A DNA stretch of 42,853 nucleotides from assembly GCA_000934665.2 (NCBI GenBank), contig KZ538020.1, forward strand, positions 186,001-228,853, given 5' to 3'. Below the pieces are notes generated by a model. The model did not search any database. It had not been told where the DNA came from and saw only the letters and a list, made by a program, of their open reading frames with translations. Shown here one piece after another: positions 34,501 to 42,853 of this stretch; position 1 is the stretch's first letter; each line of letters begins with the position of its first letter. The position numbers and the translations under genes were made by a program. This stretch comes from Catajapyx aquilonaris. Lineage: Eukaryota.

Positions 34501-36866
34501 ACTGCGAGTTTACATTTTGGAATATGATAACACTCGACAGTACGGGCACATGTTTTCACTTTCTGCCAGCAATCTATAGTGAGATTACATTTTTGCAAGG
34601 TCCCTCTTATACAGAGCTCTGAAAGTAGTGGGAGAGTATTTGTAAATATTTGACATAATTGATTTGTGGAGGGGATTGGACCTGTCTTTCAATCGATTGG
34701 TTTCCTAGAGCGAGTGTGCCAATCATGTACCCGCAGAGTCTGTAGAAAGACAAGGGCCGAGAAGATAGTGAGAGGAAGTAATCCACCCTGAGTGAAAAGT
34801 TCTACTTTGCGACCAGTTTTTCTCGCCTAGGTGTTCTAGCGCTATATATTGGATCCCTTCGAGTCGGGTCTGGGTCTCAGATAAAGAAAGGACGTCCTAA
34901 CATAATCCCTGGCATCACTTTCAACCTTCTTTGCCACCAACCAGTTGCTCCAAAGCACACCTTTCTTACTTTACCCATTTTCGCCAGTCACAGCAAAATA
35001 TTGGATTTTCTCAGCGCCAGTGCAGTCCTTCATATAGAGGATTCGGCTGAAAACCTCACATATTATCCAGTAACGCTGCCTGTACGTAATTTAGTTCCGA
35101 CGACACGTATTTAATTATATTGTCAGGGTTCACTGAAGGAAGGTGTATGGTTTTTTGATAATTTTCACACATGAGTCAAGTTAGCGAATTGTTTGCACAT
35201 CGAATCTCATGCCCAGTGGATCGTTACATTCAAATCTTAAACACATCATTAACTTGTACGGAAAGTGTGGGATTTGGTTTAATATGATTTTATTGTAGAT
35301 AGCAGTTGCTACCAATAAATCACATTCGTAACTGTAATTCACTGCGCCGCAATATTTCACTCGGCGATATACAATATTGCAATTCCGAATCGCATGAATT
35401 CCCAGAATCCAAAATCGTGCCATAAAAATGTTGGGAGCTGAAATACGGGCGATTATATGAATATAGCTAATGCAGCAGACATATCAGCCAGAACAAAGCA
35501 AGAAAACTCTCGATACAAAAGAAAAGCCCCTCCCCAAGTACCTTAAGTCACTGTTTTTTTTTTGTTTTTTTTCGTATCCTCGAAAAGATTTTTGGTGGTT
35601 TCTTTGAGCAGCTGCTGCAGTCCGTAGCTGGAAACCTTTTAGCTGCGCGCAAAAGTTTTGCGCCTTTTCTCCTCACTTCCGCTGCAGGGAAATAATAATC
35701 GCAGCAAAAAAAAAGTTTCCACCACAAAAGGGCAAATATTGAAACTTTTTCAGGAGGCAGAGATGAATTCTCCTCCATTTTTTTCTTCTTTCTAGCTTCC
35801 AGTCTTTCAACCCACGCTTCAGTGCGTGTACTGTACGATAGTATCGGAATTCGATGCTGCACTTGTCGATTCATATCGATATGGCGATATTTCGAAATAT
35901 TGTACCCAACACAGTGTAGCTTGGCTGCTACACAATATTTTGAAATATCCGACTGTGACCTTTTTTTTTACGGTCCTCTTTACGACATGGGAGATGCCCT
36001 GAAAGTACAATGGCACGCAACGTTACTTGATCCAGATTGGGGCACCACCCCGGCCGAAGTGCGTTCCGCCGACACGATTTGGGTCGGACCCCTGCTCTTG
36101 GAATCCACTCCTGGCCTGGTTGAATTCAATACCCTGGCACTTATCCCCGGCGTGTAGACGCTGCATGAAAGTGATACACAATGGGCCCTGTGAGAGTGGG
36201 TGTGCTTGGGGTGCTTGTGGGGCTTGGCGTTTGGAGTGCTGTGGCGGTCGGTGGCCTGGTGGCGCCATAAATCCGAGCTGTGGAGCTAGGGTTCCCTCGT
36301 GCACCATGGCTTCCCGGATTCCTATCAGCTTATCCCTCGTGCTGCAGCCAACCAAGGGGGACCTGCTGTAAATAACTGTAGTGGGGATGTATTAAAACGT
36401 TAGCTCTTGCTGCACGTGACACCCTGTTTATTGGGCTCAAAAGTCATCCATGTATGCGTCGCTTTCACTCGATTGATGTTTTTGTAATGTAATATGGCGG
36501 ATCTTCCGGCGCTAAAAAAAAAATGGAAGTTGAGATTTGGAAAGCGAGAGTGCATTTGGGAGCCTGGAGGTGTTCCTCCTAATTAGATTATTAAATGCCA
36601 TCTAGTGCTTTCGAGGAGGTGCCTCGGGAAAGAAAGGAAAAAGGGAAGAGGCTGCTAATATGCACTAAGAACTTCCTGTCTGACTCTTTTTCTGGGGGCC
36701 ACATGGGAGTGGAGGGTATATGTAAGGAAATGGCTGAGTGAAATTGTAGAGGATTATATGTAGAGACAAAAAAAATGGATAAGGCAAGAGAAGGTAATGG
36801 TAAAAAGATGAAGGGCAGATGGAGACAAAGGAACAAAAAAGAGCACAGGTCAAAACTGGTGGGTAG

Positions 36867-36921
36867 CATCCATCCATTCGCCTAACCATCCATCTCTATC
36901 CATCCATCCATCCATCCATCC
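36867..36921. repeat. Imperfect (CCAT)n microsatellite
   Basis: Runs of catccatcc visible directly. Confidence 0.8.
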
Positions 36922-39900
36922 TTATCCTGAGGCAGTATTTCTTGCCCCTAGAGGCGTCTGTCAATTTAAGGAAACGCAATCCCGGCGAGAATTAAGCTGA
37001 ATAAGAAATGAGTGCGTAAAAAATTGAAGCTTCCGCTACAGCTAAACTCCTCGGCCTTGCTTCCGCCTAAGAAGTAGGCGTGTCCCCGTAGACCCAAAGT
37101 TGCCTTCATTCCACGCTGCATGGTATATAGGTCTCAAAAAGTGTTTACCGAGCAGCCGAGTCCAACTTCCATAAGTAGATCCTCTCTTTTCTGCTCATCA
37201 GGATACGCTAAGCTACATTTAAGCCTGTCTCTTTTCCTACATTTCCATCGCTAATGTAGCTTCCAAAAAAAAGTAGGAAGCCTGTTTGCAAAATGGGACG
37301 TCATCGATCCTTACAACCCGCAGTAAATAGATCCATACTGTCCAATCATGACCCGGACATCCCATGCCAAGGCACTTTCCGATATGAATAAATGGGGCTT
37401 GTGGACGCTAATCCGCAGTGAGGCATCAACTTTCGCAGGTCACCCTTTTTTATATTAGTTCATGCCAGCAATGATAATGGTGTCATTCCATATCGCCTGC
37501 CGGGTAAGGTATAGTCGATTCCCCAAACGCAATTTTTCAACTAGGGTTGGGGAATATGAAAAGGGACATCGCCTTAACGATTTTTACACATGACAATTCG
37601 ATGCTTTCGGGTATGGTGTCAGGTTGGCCTGATCGAAGTTGCCAATTAATTAAGCAGGTGGAGAGAGATTCATTTAACGGATTGAAGCCTTCAGATGACT
37701 GTCTTTTGTTGCGGGGTGTCAATAGTCCACAATAGTGCATGGCCACTGATACTAATCAAACCAAACGTAATTACTGGCTGATTGTAAAATGTTCTTTACC
37801 GTGTGTCACGCGTGTGTTGTTTAGCACCTCTTTGACTGTCTACATAAATGATATGGCAGGCTCAAATTTTATCAACAAAAATCATGTTTGTCAGAGCAAA
37901 CAACGTGTTTTGCGCATGTTGAGTTGAATGGCTCTTCCGAGTTGGTTTGTTTTGTGTAAAGCTTTACTGTAGTGTTCAATGGAATTCATATCATTCAAAC
38001 ATGAAATCGGTCAGTATTTTCATGATGCAGTGCCCTTTGTCCTATTTACCAGGTTGACGTACAGAACCTTGCACACAGTGCAAATTCAATTATGGAGTTT
38101 CACAATACAAAGTGTGTTGGAGACATTGTGTACCAGTCGAGGACAAAATTTCTTTACTGGTTTGTGTACAACTCATGTTGGTAGGCCTACTGAAATTATA
38201 TTGTGGGAAGCTATATAATTGCCAAGCACTCAGGCTTCCTTCATTATGGCCGTTACCTGGAGCGCTACAGTACAAAACTGCTACATCACAGGCATGGGCT
38301 GTTCGTAGACAACAATGAAATTCCTGCACTCGCCTCAGGTTATGTTTAATCATGTAGCAAGTATAACACGAGGCGGTGAAGCTGCAGAGTCATTACTCTC
38401 TGGCTCCTACTCCAATGATGAATATTATCTACCTTCAGGTGTAGATATGATGTCACATGTGTTTCGGATTATACAAGTATCCTCCAAGTCTGCCTAAAGT
38501 GATGCCAGTGTGCTTCTTGAGATAATTAAATTCTAGTTTAGCTCGCGTTCAAGGAGATCTCCAGTGTCAGCAAATTACAGTGTAGCCTTCGAAACAATGT
38601 GGTGTAAGTCACGCAAATGATGTCGTTATGTAAATGTAGATGCAAATATGCTCAAAAGGAATCTCATCGGGCAAATATTACAACTTCAAAGCACAAAACA
38701 CGCACTCCTGTTACGTCTGAAAAGCTTTAATTTTAACTTGGGTACTTTTCATCCTTGCATGATGCAACTCAAATTACCCGGTGATATTTTTTTGTAGTGT
38801 TGCCAGATCGTGCCAGATGTTGCCGTCGCTTCATTTTTGTCGCTTTAAGCACATCCTTGCCCCCATTTGATTCCTCGGCTTTCTTTTGCGTTGTTATTGT
38901 GGAAAATTCTGTAGCACATTATCGCCCTGGAAATGGCACCACAGGGAACACACTGTTACCGCAACGTGTATTATTCCTTGTGCAACATAATTCCATATCT
39001 GGCTTTTAATTGCCGTATTTTGGTTTTACTGACTCCCAGCATCAGGCTGCACTTTTGCAGATAGTGCTGTGTCGGATTTTATGTAGTCTACTTGAACGAT
39101 CGTAACTGTAACCCGACTGTAATCTAGTTGATTTCAATCTTCCAACCTACAGTGGATTTCATGCCATCTTTAGTTACATTTGTCCTCCCCTCTAGGGATA
39201 TTGCTGTGATAAGCCGTTAATTCTCATAATTGCAGGGTGTAATAATGGGGGATTTTTGCCAATTTATTACTTTCATGTACTCGCGTGCACTTGGTTCACA
39301 TAAATGGCGGTAGCTGATGTTGGTGTGATATGTGATCTTGTCCGCCTCCTGCATCCACAATGGTTGTTACTAGGATATTAAAAAACAAGCATATAGCTTA
39401 TTTCATTTTGTAGGCGTTGTAGTATAACTAGTGTCACAACGTGTCAGTATGACATCGTGCCATTCATACGCACGTTATTTTTGTCTCCATGCATGACATC
39501 AATGTCGCGTCGTGCCTGTGGGACGGACCTCTTTGATTTATTCGGTTACAATATTTGGCACTTTTTTTGTGCACAGCATGGTGTCAGAAATTTGATGGCA
39601 CCACAGTCCAGTATTAAACAATAACTCATGGCGTGTTTTTTTAACGAAAATTGTGAAGTGGATTAAATCAATATCATTAGGACCTTGACTGGTACGAGTC
39701 TGTCAAACCGTCAACTGAACACGTTTCATTGAGTATTAGCGTTACAAATAGGGCGGTTTTTTTATCCGCTTTGAGTCTGTCATTTTAAATTTTACCGTAG
39801 AAATTAATGCATTGTTATCATCGGAGCGTAATTCCTTTAACAAGGTGAAAACGGCAATGTCATGTTTGCGTTATTTTTGCAAATAGTTTGTGGGCATTTA

Positions 39901-42624
39901 ATGGGGCACAACTTGCTTTGCCATATTTTTTGACCAGTCGTAATATCAGTAAATTAATTGTTTCCATGATTGATGCCAAACGTGGAGGCCCGCTGTTATT
40001 TTGCTATTTTTCGGGTTGTTTATGAATTTGTAAACTTTCATCGAAAGCAGTTGAATAATTACTAACTCATCTCTTGTTTTGTGTATGCTTATGTTATGAA
40101 ATTTTTGTCCAACAGCGTTTATGCCAAAACAATTAATTTTGCGAGTAGGCCTACATTATTTTACCATAACTACTAATTAACACTGAATTATGTTTTTTTT
40201 TTAAACTTCATGAACAGCATGAGCTGGTGAAGGCTATGTTGACAACGACACCTTCATAACACGAGAACTTTCGTATAACTTTAATTAACCTAATGGTTTT
40301 CCTGCACGTACTGAAGAGTAAGGCATGAACAGTGATGTAAGTTTGGAATGGGCGTTAGATTGACAAGGCCACTCTGCGGGACTTTGTGCGGAATGCTTTT
40401 ACTTCAAAGGGAGGCGGTGCATAGTGCGGTTATTATATTATAGTGCAGGAGTGTGAGTGTTAGGCAAGCTTACGAGGAACATATTCGCCGTCAAAGAGCT
40501 TGTTTCCAGGTCAAAGATAATGTTCCTTAATGTTTAGCAAACAAGTTGATTTTTTTGTCTTTGAAATTATTCTTCTACTTAAATTGCAAACAACACTAAA
40601 CGTAGAGGAAATTAATATGTATACAGAATATGTATGTTTTTTTACCGCAATTTGCAGCAGAAATATATTCGCCAACAATGCACTGGATGCATATTTGTGA
40701 CTTAATAAACTATAGTGAACTTCATATCTGGTGTTTACAAGTTACTGCCAGCTATGTAGCAACTATGTATGCAATATTATAATATAGAGTGGAACTACAA
40801 TTTCATCTGGTAGCACGAACATCAGAAACATTCTGGCAATATAGAGTTGCTGATTACGTGATTATATCTCTCGCGAGAGTTTTTGTTTCGAGCGAGATTA
40901 TTAACTATGAATTAATTACGACCGCAGAACACAGGCGCAACTGAGATGCAAATGGGGATAATTTGCAAGAGGATTCTCTATGTTTCACGTGTCGGAATGT
41001 TAGGGGCAGGCGAGCGACAAATTTGGACCGTAGTTTTTGCAACATGGAAAGGGCCCATATCGGCTTTTGTTCGTCAGAAATACGACCTCCCTTTGAAGTG
41101 ATCTGCGGCTGCTAATGATATTAATGAGGGAAAAAAGGGGTAATTACTTTCCGTCGCAGGGGCAAGCACAGACAAGCCCTTACTCTTTGCTGGTTAATTA
41201 CAGTAATGGACCTAAAACCTGATTGTTAATTCGGAATTAATCTGCCGCCACCGATGCAACAATCCCTGGGCAAGTTTGTTCCTTTTTTTTTTTGGAATAG
41301 ATTCACCTTGCAATCCTCTTTCACGGGCCTGCTTTTGCTACCGTGATCCTAATTACACCGGAGCCCTTCCTATGCTTTGTACCCACCGCTCTCCTTTCAC
41401 CCAACGCATGTGCTTGATGAGCACACCTACACCTCTTTATTCATTCATTCACTCCCTTGCTTGCACATGACGAACACTTTGAGTAGAGTGGAGCTGCAGT
41501 GCCTAATTTTACGGTGGTTAGGATTTATAGCGAAGAGTTCCACTCGGAAGCGGAATTAGGCTGTTTCTTAAAGTGCACTCTCGAAACGCGAACACGCTTA
41601 TTAGTGGAACCAACGGACGGTGGCGACACCGCTCCTTCGCTTCTGCATCTCGCCGAAAGAGTCGCCATCGCCGCTCCGCGCCACCGAGCCGCGCCTGCTC
41701 CATTTGATTATGGATGATATGCTGTAGTTTGGCGAGAATTTCAATGAAATGTCATTTACGAATATTAAATGCTTATGAAGTTGTTCTGTAACTATGCTCA
41801 GTGCTAGTCTAGCCCCCACCCCCACCCTCAGGAGGTTGAGACTCCGACTTTGATGAATGATAGGTGCGGCAGGGGTAATGCGAGTAGACAGGGTGCGTGG
41901 GATTAGAGGCACGCTTCAATCTCGAGAAGAGAATCGGCGACGCAAGTGGAATAATTGTGGAGGACGATTGGTTGGGAAAGCCGATTAGCGAGTGGAACTT
42001 AATTCGAGCGAATTAGCAGGAGAGGGCCTTGGTTGGGGGGTCGGGGGGTTAGACAGGAGGGTGTTGGAGGAGGAGGAGGGTCTCCCTTTCCCATCTCTTT
42101 GAAGCCTTACTTCTTTTCCCGGTGGCCATGAAGAGCCTGGGGTTGGGGTGGGGTAGGGGGTCCTCGGTCGTACATTTGCAGGTAATTAGAGCTCGGAGTG
42201 ACGGCCGGCAAATGGAAAGAAGCGCGCGTCTATTAATTAGACATTCAGCTGGCAAGGATGATGCTTCTAGAAGCACCCCTTACTTTAATTGCTGCAGGAT
42301 TTAATGGCCGATATTCCCCCCAACCCCCTCCCAATCTTCCTTCATTTTTATTTCTTTTCCCTTTGTTTTGTTCCCCCCCTGCCATTCAGACGACATTCCG
42401 TCTCTCCGGGATCCCATTTCCTCCTGTCGGGACCAAGAATCCTACAGACAATTGAGGAAGCTCTCACCTAATACAAGAATGAGACGCGTTCAATTTTGTA
42501 ATTCTGCCGGATGCGACCAACTTTGGATGCTTAAGATGCAACTTATTCATATTGGCAATGTGAATATTTGCCACGAATACACTTTAGCATTGAATAAATC
42601 ATTTTTTCGCCCGATTTAATAATA

Positions 42625-42853
42625 CGAGGGCTGATCAAAAAAGACTGAGACTTATTTTTTAATAAATATTGCTTTGAATCTTCACTTTTGAAATTGATAT
42701 ATTTGAAAACGGCGGGCTTTGTTTAATGAGGTGGCCAAATGGCATCACTGTATGAACATTCGTCTGGCTACACTGCTCGTTGCAAAGATGGCTGCTTCAA
42801 TTTCGCCTCGCACTGATGAAATGGAAGTGACACGCGAGGAGCAGTACGCGGCC
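42625..42853 (+). mobile_element. 5' end of a mariner transposon, truncated by the window edge
   Basis: TA|CGAGGGCTGATCAAAAA mariner-type TIR. An ORF from 42788 or 42821 (MAASISPRTDE-MEVTREEQYAA) runs off the window and resembles mariner transposase N-termini (ME...EQ..). Confidence 0.7.

Noticed and set aside
35990..36370. GC-rich block with overlapping 110-114 aa ORFs; minus-strand EWIPR hints at a non-LTR retroelement C-terminus
   Set aside because: Expected downstream motifs are absent and no family could be recognised.

Overview
Eukaryotic (metazoan, most likely arthropod/insect) genomic DNA with spliceosomal introns. It holds two + strand protein-coding genes. The first is Nup88 (nucleoporin 88): eight GT-AG exons at 7044-24995 join into one frame of 687 codons plus stop, and the N-terminal exon(s) were not found in the window. 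The second, only 313 nt after the Nup88 stop, is an intronless TYW2/TRMT12 wybutosine-pathway gene (25309-26571). The rest is intronic or intergenic DNA with tRNA-derived SINEs, MITEs of several superfamilies (Tc1/mariner, hAT, PIF/Harbinger, piggyBac-like, Kolobok-like), an LTR-retroelement integrase fragment and the start of a mariner at the right edge. The most unusual object is a ~360-bp GC-rich unit at 29314-29690. It has a TATA box inside a hairpin loop followed by two tandem canonical histone 3' stem-loops that differ by a compensatory base-pair change, but no histone ORF and no AATAAA. Family assignments rest on recalled motifs; no database searches were run.
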